Positions 24,255 through 36,624 of a stretch of 64,000 bases of DNA are shown here, in pieces. Each line of letters begins with the position of its first letter. The first letter of the stretch is position 1. The stretch is from Leucoraja erinacea (taxonomy: Eukaryota), in contig NC_073379.1 in assembly GCF_028641065.1 (NCBI RefSeq), forward strand, positions 74,338,001-74,402,000, given 5' to 3'. The notes beneath the pieces are model-generated. The model saw only the letters and a list, made by a program, of their open reading frames with translations. It did not search any database and was not told the DNA's origin. A program made the translations under genes and the position numbers.

Positions 24255-25447
24255 GTCTGCGGATGGTAGCGAATGACCCCAAAGGATATTCCCCTTCCTG
24301 TTGGCAAAGTTTTGCAATAGGTTTATTTTTCACATAAATGCGATTTATTTTTAAGAGTTAGTGTGGATCATTTTATTTTCAATTAATCTTATTCAAACAA
24401 GAGATGGACACAAAATGCTGGAGTAACTCAGCGGGTCAGACGGCATCTCCGGAGAAAAGGAATAGGCGACGCTTCATGTCGAGACTCTTTTTTTTCAGCG
24501 ATGCTGCATGACCCGCTGAGCTACTCCAGCTTTTTGTGCCTGTCTTTGGTGTAAACCACCATCTGCAGTACCTTCCTACACTTATTCAACCAGGAATGCA
24601 TTCACTCACCTTTTTTCACTCACCTTTTTTTTCTCTGTCCAGCTGTCGAGTTAACTCAACGGGTCACGCAACATTTCTGGATAAAAAGAAATCAGTGACG
24701 TTTGAAGGAAGGAAGTTTGGAAGGAAGGAATTTCAGATGCTAGTTTAAACCAAAGATAGACACAAAATGCTCGAGTAACTGCACGGGCCAGGCAACATCT
24801 CTTGAGAAAAGGCGTAGGCGATGTTTCGGGATGGGACCCTTCTTCAGGCTAAGACCCAGCCTGAAGAACGATCTCGACCCTAAACATCACCTATTTCTTT
24901 TCTCCAGAGATGCTGCCTGGCCAGCTGAGTTAGTCCATCATTTTGTGCCTATCTTTGGTTTAAATTAGTATCTGCAATTCCTTCCTTCAAACTTTTAGAG
25001 CAGTTTGTTTTAAGAAACAATCCTTCCAAAATTGCATTCAAAATTCCATTTGAACTGCATTTGTTCAAGGTCTGGCATCAATCATTGAAAGGCATAGGCT
25101 TTTTTGTGTCGGGAGGAACTGCAGATGCTGGTTTACACTGAAGATAGACACAAAATGCTGGAGCAACTCAGTGGGACGCAGCATTTCTGGAGAGAAGGAA
25201 TGGGTGACGTTTCTGGTCGAGTCCCTTCTTCAGACTGAAAAAACATTTCAACCCTTCTCTCCAGAGATGCTGCCAGCTTGGCTGAGTTACTCCAGCTTTT
25301 TGTGTCTAATAAGATTGTTTTATTCCCTTAATTTATCTCTCATCAAAACGTTGGTAAACTTCTAACAAAAAGATTAGGTAAATTGAACATTAACGTTATT
25401 TTTTCCCCCGACACCAGAGGGATAGCAGTGTGTGTGTCTCCACTCAC

Positions 25448-25630
25448 CCACTATGTCTGTCAGAGCAGCCGTCCCACCGTCGCGACTTAAACTGTATAAA
25501 AAGCAGCGGCTCAAAACATTGCTGATTGGGCAGATCTGCCCAGAAACCACCCCTTTCACATTCATCCCACCCCTGGGAAACAAAGCTTTCAGAGCCCTAC
25601 AGTCACCCAATCCCGCCCGCAAATCTCTGA
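25448..25630 (-). promoter_or_regulatory. Putative Pol II promoter and short first non-coding exon
   Basis: GC box (25612-25620), two CCAAT boxes (about 25524 and 25608), CACCC motifs, an AT-rich TATA-like box (25487-25502) and a canonical donor tgg|gtgagt at 25448/25447. Confidence 0.55.
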
Positions 25631-26084
25631 ATGGAAGACAAAGCTCAGATATTCTCTTTAGCAGTGGCGTCCCAGAGTTTCCCAGTGCCTGGCCCAAGTT
25701 TCAATTTAAACTCAGGAAAACTGAGTTTTTATTAAAAATCCGAATACAATTGGCCCTTAATTGTAAATATGAGAATGTTTTCCTATATTGTACGGTAGAC
25801 TATCATCCGGTGTAGATACCTTAATTTATTGGAAAAATATGAGTACACGAACACAGGGGTTAGTTAAAAATTGGAGTCATATCCCATCTACATCTCACAC
25901 TCTCTTGCTGTGTTTCTAAGAAACATCATTAAGGACTTATGTTATGTGTTTTTGCTGGACTGAAACCACTGTTTCTCAGATCCCCGGTGAGTGCTTTTTG
26001 CTCCTTAACAGTGAATTGTTAGATCACTGTAAACATTTTCATTAAGGTCTGGCTAATCTTCAACATTTCACTTCTGGCACTCAG

Positions 26085-26393
26085 ACCAAACCCACGAGTT
26101 ACTCACGAGTCACTACGGTAAACTCATGGGCTACAACGAGTATTACAGCGAGTTTAAAGTTTCACATTTTTCCTTCAAGAGTAAATTTGACTTGTGGAAA
26201 TGTTTCATCATGTTGAAAGATTTTCACTAGTTAACAAGTTTCCCGAGTACCTGCCGTTAGCGTTACGAGTCGCTAAGTTACGTCCACGAATTCCGACATT
26301 CCCGCTACGTTAATTCTACGTGATTACCACGAGTTTGATTTGTTTTAAACTCGGGATCACTCGTGGATGGAATCGCACCGTGAGACGGGGACA
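26085..26393. mobile_element. Harbinger-type MITE right part
   Basis: actcgggatcactcgtg...tcgcaccgtgagacggggaca is the inverse of 22481-22525, with many cgagt repeats. Confidence 0.55.
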
Positions 26394-26669
26394 CAGGCAA
26401 GTTCTCAAATAAAGGAAAACAAAGTCTGTTGTAAAGGAAATAAAATATTGGTTTTTTTTGCAAGGAAGAAAATGTGGATAAAGGAATCCAGCAGCGAACA
26501 TATGAAACTTTGGACTTTGTACCTAAGTAGACACATTTTCCTTCAAAGTGCTATACTGCAGAATCAGTGGATTGTTTCCCAAGTTAAGAAGATTCTGCTG
26601 TGAAGAAAGATTGATTATGATTATTCACTACTAACTGAAGTTTGGAAAAATTAATTACATCTAAAGAGT

Positions 26670-27900
26670 CAAGTCAAATCAAATCAAGTTGAGTAGAGCT
26701 TATTGTCACACACACAAGCTCGATGAGGTACAGGTACCATCAGCATCTTGCTTTCAACAGCAGCACAGACATAGATTCAGACAAACACACAGACATAAAT
26801 TATACATAAATTAGACAGAAAATTCTGCAGACTGTAAAATAATGACGATAAAACAACTAGAAATTAATGCAAAACAAAATTAGAAAAACCAGTGCAAGAG
26901 GTGGCCCATAGTGTTCTGTTGTCAAGGCAGAAGTGTTGGTTCAGGATCATGTGGTGTGTGACCTCAGGCTTCTGTACCTCCTGTCCAATGGTAGCAGCGA
27001 GAAGAGGGCACAGAGCGAATGGTAAGGATTCCTTGATCATAGATGTGACCTTCTTGAAGCAGGACCTCATATGGATCCTTTCAATGGTGGGGAGGCTGTG
27101 CCAATGTTGGATCAGGCTGAGTCCAGCTCTCTCTGCATCTTCTTGAGTTCCTGTGCGTTGCAATAGTTGTACCAGGTCATGATGCTAATTTTCTCTACCA
27201 CAGACCCACCAGTGGAAATTGGTGCGTTGTGTCCTAATTTCCCCTTTCTGAAGTTAAAAATTAGTTCCTTGGCCTTGATGATGTTAAGTAAGAGGCTGTT
27301 GCTGCAACAATGAGTTGTTCTATATCTCTCCTGTGTGCTGACACATCACCACCAATGATTCTGCCAACCACAGTTGTTTTAGAAGAATGAGGGGGACCTG
27401 ACTGATAGCTACCGAATAGTGAAAGACCAGGATAGTGTGGATGTGGAGAGGATGTTTCCACTAGTGTGCAAGTCTAGGACCAGAGGTCATAGCCTCAAAA
27501 TGACAGGACGTACATTTAGAAAGGAGATGAGGAGGAATTACTTCAGTCAGATGGTGGTGAATCTGGAGAATTCATTACCATAGACGGGTGTGGAGGCCGT
27601 CATTGGGTATTTTTAAAGTGGAGATTGACAGATTCTTCATTAGTAATGATGTCAAAGATTATGGGGAGAAGACAGGAGAATGGGGTTGAGAGGAAAAAAT
27701 AGATCAGCCATGATTGTGTGGTGGAATAGTCTTGGTGGGCCGAATGGCCTTATTCTGTTCCTATGGCATGAACATGAGTGGTGTCATTAGTGAATGCATA
27801 AATGATTTTGAAGCTGTGCTTAACCACTCAGTGGTGCGTACAAAGAGAGTAGAGCAGGGGCAGAGCAGGTGTTTTGGTACACCTGTGTTGATGATCATAG
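26670..27900 (-). mobile_element. Decayed Rex1 fragments with a nested plus-strand CR1 3' piece (27378-27770)
   Basis: SLPTIERI..RSCFKKVTSMIK and VGRIIGGDVSAHRRDIEQL motifs. CR1 tail in between. Confidence 0.65.
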
Positions 27901-30339
27901 AGTCATACAGCATCTTCTGATATAGTGAACCCAAGGCTGGCCACTGCCTCTATTTCATATGTCTTATGTACTGCCTATTCACAATAATCTTCAGAAATAA
28001 ATGTAGTTGGAAAGCTAATAAACTAAAAGATGATTAATTACCCTGACTAGAAACAGGATGGAAAAGAAAAATTCCATAGGCCATTTTGAAGTAGTAATCA
28101 ATCCAATTGATAATTATCCATTCCATGATGTTGACTCCTAATGCAGGTGCTAAAAATTGAGGGATGATCTTATTGAAATATATAAGATCCCTAAGGGGGC
28201 ATAACTGTATAAATATCAAGCTGTCACAAACATGTGGATGTGAATTCAAGATTTGTCAGACACACGGATAGAAAATCTTTAGAGAGAAATGGGCCAAATG
28301 CAGGCAAATGGGACCTGCCCAGTATGCCAGTATACCTGTTAGTGCGCTGCACAGCTGCATAGCTGTATAGCTCGATGACTCTGTAAGGGGCTGGTTATTT
28401 AATACTGGGGTGCATAGAAATGTCTTCTTGCGGAGGGCAGTGAATCTTTGTAATTTGCAACCCCAAAAGGTTGTGGAGCCCAGATCACTAGAAATAATCA
28501 AAGTGGAAGTAGATACAGTTTTAAAAGATTGAGGAATTGAAGGATATGGGAAACTGGCATAGAACTGAAATCGTTGGCTGGGATAGATCAGCCATGTTCA
28601 TCTTGAATGAGGATGCAGACTTGAGAGGCCAGGTGACCTATTTTCTTATATTCTTGGGTCTATGTTCTTAATGAAAAGCAAATATGTTGAGAAAAGCTGA
28701 GTGATTTCAGAGGAAGATGAGAGTGAGGGGACAGTTGACTTCTGCACAGACATTTGGACTGTCCACCAAGCATGGTAGAAAACTAATTTAGGAACTTCCA
28801 CAACTTATTGTATGGGGGATAAAAATAAATCATTTTTAGCATTGTGTGGCAGCTTATTGGCTGTGTTACTTGACTAACAGCCCAGGAAGGTGGCTTAACA
28901 ATCTACAGGCATGAGCTGTTATCTCAACACTGCAGCTGCAACATTTAAATCCAGTATGGAAGTAAATTTGTATTAAAAAGCGAGTGCATTGCTCACCAGT
29001 TGACATCACTCTACATGCCTAGTAGCCTCCATGCATATCACAGACTTGGAGAATCAGCACTGAATCTCCCCTGTCAATTTACACAAAAAGTACCGGATTT
29101 TAGATTAATTTAAAAAAACCCATCTAGTATGGAAAAGTATTTCTATGCCAATAGCTGTTTCTGAAGTAAAATAAATATATATTGATGATCATTTTATCAG
29201 GTGGCATTTAATCTTTATTGATGTGCAAAGCCTTTTTTACACCAAGGGATTGCAATGAGATGCCCAAGTGCCCGTAGGAGGATCAACATTGTTATCTTTT
29301 CCTGGATAGAGCTCCATCCAGTGAAATCCCTGCCCTATCAAGTTGCATCCTAAGTTTTACAGGATAAGATTGCCTTCTAAAAATATTCCTGGACATTTGT
29401 TGTTGTTCTTCAGTGGCCATTAGGTACATCTCTGGGAGAAATGGCTTAATTCACTAAAAGAGCCACATTTTGGGGTTGCTGAAGGTATCAGAAGATAATG
29501 TCAGACCCTTTAGAAATTTAGAATGGTAATGCTCGTCATTGAAGTGTTATATCCCTGAGGCAGAGTCTGCAAATCTCACTCGGCCACAGAACTGTAGTGG
29601 AATCAATGCATCTTTGCATGAAGGACCACCTACATAAAAGAAGATAATGTTCAGCAGAAGATTGCTTTGTTTAGCAACTGACCAACATATTTGCTTGGAA
29701 AGAAATAATGAGGCAGTCTAAAACAGGCGGCATTGTAAGTATAGTCTTTGGTTTATTTAGCTCAGGCACATGATTTATGAAAATATTGATTCAGTCAGAG
29801 TTAAATCCAAAATGAAATTATTTATTTACCAAAGATTGAAACCTACTCATTCAACTATTGCAGTGTTTTAACCAAACGTATAATGATCAAACTAACTACT
29901 TTAACAGAGGACAAAATTATGCCCAATGTTTAAATAAAAATGGGAATGACTGTGGCCACAAGGGCAATAAACATGCCCAAAAAATGGCTGTAATGATTGT
30001 CTCTAGTGACTATACATTCAACCTCTTTTGGCTGATTGAGCCATCTTGGTTGTAAAGTCCATTAAATGCTGGATTATCTCAGCGGGCCAGGCAGCATCTT
30101 TGGAGAGAAGGAATGGGTAACTTTTCGGGTCGAAGAAGGGTCTCGACCCGAAATGTCATCCATTCCATCTCTCCAGAGAAACAACCCTTTCTTTCTGGCT
30201 GCAGTAACATGCAAGTCTGTCCAAGCGGTCGGATCGGTTCCAACAAGTGCCCTTCCTCGAAGACCAACAATCTCTTAATTGACAGCAGTAACATGATATT
30301 CCAGATGATGTTTTTTCAGTTTTGGATATCACTATAGCA

Positions 30340-33300
30340 TGAAATATTATAGTTAGAGGAATCTCTAAGCATAGAAAGAAGATAGCAACAGTGCAGGCAA
30401 ATATGTCAGGCGAGGAGGTTGACGAGAGGAAACTACGCAAAACGTTGGAGAGGACGGGACGCGGTGAAGACCTGATGGGTAAGATGATTCAGTGTGATGC
30501 TTGCAGGATGTGGGAGGCCAGGGACACTGATGGTGCCTCTGGCTGCTACAACTGTGATAACTGTGACCAGGTTCAGCTCCTGAAGGACAGTGTTGGGCCA
30601 CTGGAGAAGCAACCTACAGTAAGATTGTCACACCAAGGCTACAGGAAGAGTGAAGGAAGATGACTGTGAGAACGAGGAGTGAGCGTGGAGTGCAGGAAAC
30701 CCCGGTGGCTGTTGCTAATGAAAACATGTACACCCTTTTGGGTGCTGTCGGGCAGACAATGATTCCAGTTTGACAGGTGGACAGATCGGTGACTCCAACC
30801 CAGGCGATGAGACTTGATCAGCGAGACTGACATCAGGCAGAGCTATCGTGGTGGGTGACTCCACTGTCCGAGGTACGGACTGGAGATTCTGGGGTGGCAG
30901 CTGAGACTCGAGGATGGTCTGTTGCCTCCCTGGTGCCAGGGTTCAGGATATCTCGAACCGACTTCAGAACATCCTCGAGAGGGAAGTTGAACAGCCGGCA
31001 GTAGTTGTGCACGTGGGCACAAATGCCATTGGGAAGAAGATGAAGGAGGTTCTGCAACACAAATTTAGAGAGTTAGGAAGAAGTGTTGTATACGAATGCG
31101 CGAAGTATAAGAAATAAAGTGGACGAGCTTGAGGCTCAGTTAGAAAATATGATTTTGTGGGAATTACAGAGACATGGCTGCAAGAGGGCCAGGGCTGGGA
31201 ACTGAATATTCAAGGGTATACATCCTATCGAAATGACAGACAGTTGGACAGAGGGGGTGGGGTAGCTCTGTTGGTGAGGAATGAAACTCAGTCCCATGCA
31301 TGGGGTGACATTGAAACAGGAGATGTGGAGTCAGTATGGATACAACTAAGGAATTGTAAGGGTAAGAAGACCCTAATGGGACGTATCTACAGGCCCCCAA
31401 ACAGTAGCCTGGATATAGGGTGCAAGTTGAATCAACAGTTAAAATTGGCATGTCGTAAAGGTAATGCTACAGTTGTTATGGGAGATTTCAACATGCAGAT
31501 AGACTGGGAAAATCAGGTTGGTACTGGACCCCAACAAAGGGAGTTTGTGGAGTGCCTCTGTGATGGATTCTTAGAGCAGCTTGCACTGGAGCCTACCAAA
31601 GGCAATTCTGGATTTAGTGTTGTGTAATGAACCGGATTTGATAAGGGAACTTGAGGTTAAGGAGCCATTAGGAGGTAGTGACCATAATATGATAAGGTTT
31701 AATCTACAATTTGAGAGGGAGAAGGGTAAATCGGAGGTGTCAGTATTGACAATAAAGCACTCTTAACTCTTGACAGTTGAACAAAAGAGACTATGGAGGC
31801 ATGAGGGAGGAGCTGGCCAAAGTTGGCTGGAAAGATAGCCTAGCAGGGAAGACAGTGGAACGACAATGGCATGTATTTCTGGGAATAATACAGAAGGCGC
31901 AGGATCAGTTCATTCCAAAGAGGAAGAAAGATTCCAAGGGGAGTAAGGGGCTGACAAGGGACGTCAGGGACAGTATAAAAATTTAAGCGAAGAAGTACAA
32001 CATAGCAAAGATGAGTGGGAAGCCAGAGGATTGGGTAACGTTTAAAGAGCAACAGAAGATAACTAAAAAGGCAATACGGGGAGAAAATATGAGGTACGAA
32101 GGTAAGAATATAAAGGAGGATAGTAAAGTCTTCTTTAGGTATGTGAAGAGGAAAAATTAGTTAAGACCAAGGATGGACCCTTAAAGACTGAAAAAGGTGA
32201 ATTTATTTTGGGGAACAAGGAAATGGCAGATGAGTTGAACAGGTACTTTGGATCTGTCTTCACTAAGGAGGACACAAACAAACTTCCTGATGTACTAGTG
32301 GCCAGAGGATCTGGAGTGACGGAGGAACTGAAGGAAATTCACATTAGGCAGGAAATGGTGTTGGATAGACTGATGGGACTGAAGACTAATAAATCCCCAG
32401 GGCCTGATGGTCTGCATCCCAGGGTACTTAAGGAAGTGGCTCTAGAAATCGTGGACGCATTGGTGATCATTTACCAATGTTCAATATATTCAGGATCAGT
32501 TCCTGTGGATTGGAGGGTAGCTAATGTTATCCCACTTGTTAAGAAAGGCGGGAGAGAGAAAACAGGGAATTATAGACCAGTTAGCCTGCCGTCGGTGGTG
32601 GGGAAGATGCTGGCGCATTAGGTAACAGTAACAGGATCGGTTCCGGTCAGCATGGATTTACGAAGGGGAAATCATGCTTGACTAATTTTCTGGAATCTTT
32701 TGAGGATGTAACTGGGAAAATGGACAAGGGAGAGCCAGTGGATGTAGTGTACATGGACTTTGAGAAAGCATTTGATAATGTCCCACATAGGAGATTAGTG
32801 GGCAAAATTAGGGCACATGGTATTAGGGGTAGAGTGCTGACATGGATAGAAATTTGGTTGGCAGACAGAAAACAAAGAGTAGGAATTAACGAGTTCCTTT
32901 CAGAATGGCAGGCAGTGACTTGTGGGGTACCGCAAGGCTCAGTACTGGGACCGCAGCTATACATCAATGATTTAGGTGAAGGGATTCAAAGTAACATTAG
33001 CAAATTTGCAGATGACAAAACTGGGTGGCAGTGTGAACTGTGAGAACGAGGAGCTTGCTATAAGAATGCAGGGTGACTTGGACAGGTTGGGTGAGTGGGC
33101 AGATGCATGGCAGATGTAGTTTAAAGTTGATAAATGTGAGGTTATCCACTTTGGTAGCAAAAACTGGAAGGCAGATTATTATCTGAATGGAGTCAAGTTG
33201 GGAAAAGGGGAAGTACAACGGGATCTGGGGGTCCTTGTTCATCTGTCAATGAAAGTAAGCATGCAGGTTCAGCAGGCAGTGAAGAAAGCGAATGGCATGT

Positions 33301-33942
33301 TGGCCTTCATAACATGAGGAGTTGAGTATGTGAGCAAAGAGGTCCTCCTGCAGTTGTACAGGGCCCTAGTGAGACCACACCTGAAGTATTGTGTGCAGTT
33401 TTGGTCTCCAAATTTGAGGAAGGACATTCTTGCTATTGAGGGAATGCAGCGTAGGTTTACGTGGTTAATTTCTGGTGTTGCGGGACTGTCATATGCTGAA
33501 AGAATGGAGCAGCCGGGCTTGTATACTCTGGGATTTAGAAGGATGAGAGGGGTTCTTATTGAAAGATATAGGATTATTAAGGGTTTGGACACGCTATAGG
33601 CAGGAAACATGTTCCAAATGTTGGGAGAGTCCAGAACCAGGGGGCCACAGTTTAAAAAAAAGGGATAAGCCATTTAGAACAGAGATGAGGAAACACTTTT
33701 TCACACAGAGAGTTGTGAGTCTGTGGAATTCTCTGCGTCAGAGGGCGGTGGAGGCCGGTTCTCTAGATACTTTCAAGAGAGAGCTAGATAGGGCTCTTAA
33801 AGATAGTGGAGTCAGGGGATAGGGGGAGAAGGCAAGAACGGGGTACTGATTGTGGATGATCAGCCATGATCACATTGAATGGCGGTGCTGGTTCGAAGGG
33901 CCAAATGGCCTTCTCCTGCACCTATTGTCTATTGTCTATTGT
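30340..33942 (+). mobile_element. Long decayed CR1 (partial ORF1 fused to EN-RT ORF2)
   Basis: ORF1 CDACRMWE finger, IVVGDS and VVHVGTN. EN GITETWL, YRPP, MGDFN and SDHN. RT SPGPDG, YRPVSL, GVPQGS and FADD. (ctattgt)n tail. Confidence 0.95.
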
Positions 33943-35035
33943 ACCATGTTTCTACCTTTTATGACCCCACCTTCTTAATTATACATTGATATAAGAACAC
34001 AAAGAAGAATTCCCAACCTTAGCTAATTATAGGGTGTTATTTAATTGGTTGAAACAGCCACAATTAAAGGTACAAGGTACAAAGGAGATTTATTATCACA
34101 TACACCAATTGGTGGAGTGAAATTCAAGTTGCATTTGCAGCACACCAATAAAAATAAGACACAACATTAAAGATTTTAACAATCAACATAAAAACATCCC
34201 CCCACAAACAAAAAGGATTGATTGCCTCACAAGCTTGCCTTTGCATCCACAGAAGATAATTTTGCTCAGTCTGTTTGTCCCACCAATCCCTGCTCCCTGT
34301 CTCTCCCTCCTCCCCTGTTTTTCTTTATCCTTCCCTTTGAACACATGCCCAGCTGACCATCTTCATACATCTTCCTGCTCTGCATTTCAAAGAACATAGA
34401 ACAGTGCTGCAGAAGAACAGGCCCTCAGGCCCAAGATGTCCACGTCCAACGTGATACCTAATGAAATAATCCCTCCGCCTGCATGTGCTCCACACCCCTC
34501 CATTCCTTGTATATCCGTGTGCCTATCTAAAAGTTTCTTGAAAGGCACTACTGTTGCTGTCTCCTCAGCCACTTCCTGCAAGAATTACTCTGAACTCCCG
34601 GTCTGGTTCTGATCCATATTTATTTTATTTGACTCCTACCTATGAGAGATCTAGAAGGACTGCACATGTTCAGACACCGTATCTCTTCTTTGAATCACCT
34701 AACAGTCTTCCTAATGGATCAAGATGTCAGTTAAAATCTTACACTGCTCTTGAAGGCCATTCCAAATTGGCCGATGTCTACTTGTGCCTAAACACAAATG
34801 TTCACAGTTTTGTTTCGATTTTTAGACATTAGATTGAAACTAATGGAACCCGTGTTGGAGTACTGCATGTAGCCTATTTTAAAGAAAGGATGCACGGTAC
34901 TTGCACTTGAAGTAGTGCAAATGTACACTGGGTGGATTCCTGAGGTGAAAGGGTTCAGTGTATAAAGAATGTTTTAGCAAAATGGGCCATTGGATAAAGC
35001 CATTGGTGTTTAGAAGACTGAGCGGAGATGCCTTA

Positions 35036-35327
35036 AGGGCCTGTCCCACTTGACGATTTTTTTGGAGACTGCCGGCTTCATATCAGTGTCGCCAAAAGAT
35101 TTTGAACATTTCAAAATCCAGCGGCAAAAAAAAAATGTTGCTGCACTTGAAAAAACACCACACATCATACGTCATCATGCCGCGTCACCACCGCGTCACC
35201 ACCGCATCATACGTCATCACCGCCGCGTCACCACAGCTTCATACGTCATCTTGCCGTGAATTTTTCGGTGACCTGATACATCAGATGCTGGCAGTCGCCG
35301 AAAAAATCAGCAAATGGGACAGGCCCT
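35036..35327. mobile_element. PIF/Harbinger-type MITE inside an old CR1 remnant
   Basis: TIRs agggcctgtcccact and aatgggacaggccct. TTA TSD at 35033-35035 and 35328-35330. Confidence 0.85.
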
Positions 35328-35831
35328 TTATGCTGATGAACCATATAAGGTTCTGAGTGGTATTGACAGCATGTATGTTTCCCCTAGTGGTGTGACTGGA
35401 ACTAAGGGGCATGGATTTAGAATAAGGGATTACCTATTTCAGATGGAGATGAGGAGGAATTTGTTCTCTCAGTAGTAGTGGAGCAGGCTTAAGAGGTGGA
35501 TTGACCTACTCCTGCCTATCTTCATATGTTCTTAGGTGCATAATTGTATCTTCGATTAGTCCTGGATACCTATTTTGTAATTACACATACAAACAACATA
35601 AAGGGGCTGTCCCACTGCGGCGACCTAATCTGTGGCTTTGACCTTCAAGCTCTAAGGCACTCGCCTGGAAAATCTCGAGTTGAAACCGCGAGCTGGATCG
35701 ACCGACCGCACACACACAAACACAAACACATCGCAAAGGTGGGGGGGGGCGCTGTCTGAAATTCATGCCCGCGATGAAGAGGAAGGTAAAAGACGGCTGC
35801 ACAGTGTACGGTAAGTCCTTTTATTAGAGAG

Positions 35832-35863
<32 letters not shown>

Positions 35864-36624
35864 GAGAGGGGAGAGAGGGAGAGAGAGAGAGAGAGAAGGA
35901 GAGAGAGAAGAAAGGAAGGAAGGGGAAAGAGGGGGGGGGGGGGGGGAGAAGGTGGGGAGAAGGTGGGGAGCCACTTCTAAGAAGTATAATAAAGTTTAGC
36001 GGGCATTTTACCTACAGGTCAGTTTCCCTTGGTCCTGAAAACTCCAATGAGCCGATCAAAATGCCCGGTCAGTGAAGGAGATTGCCAACGGCTGCCCTTG
36101 ACTTCCTGTAACTATATAGCGACCCCACTCCATTGCACTTCGAGTTAAAAAGAACCATGCCGACCAAATTTTACTCGCATAAAATTTTTCAACATGCTGA
36201 AAATGTTTCCATGACTTAGTTGAGGCCACGAGTATGCGGGAACTTCCCTCGAGCATGAAGGAGCGTTCCAGTGACCTCATATGACCTCCTAGGACCACGT
36301 GTCGACCATGCTGCGAGTTTGAGTTCATAGAATCATAGAAAGTAGGTGCGAGAGTAGACCACCAGGTCCGTCGAGCCCGCACCGCCATTCGCTCATGGCT
36401 GAACACTAAACAGACACACTTACCCACAAACAGTAGACACAAGACACAGAACACAAGACACTACCCTCCCCTTTTTACCGCTATCACCCCTCTCCACCCC
36501 AAGAACCTCGTGATCTCCTGGGGGAGGCAAAAAACCGGATAAAAACCCAGGTCCAATTCGGGAAAAAAAATCCGGGAAATTCCTCTCCGACCCCAATCCA
36601 GGCGATCGACACTTGTCCAGGAGA

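Noticed and set aside
25495-25503. Perfect plus-strand TATAAAA suggesting a plus-strand gene
   Set aside because: The CCAAT/GC boxes lie on its 3' side and the splice signals are on the minus strand. I found no plus-strand exon chain.
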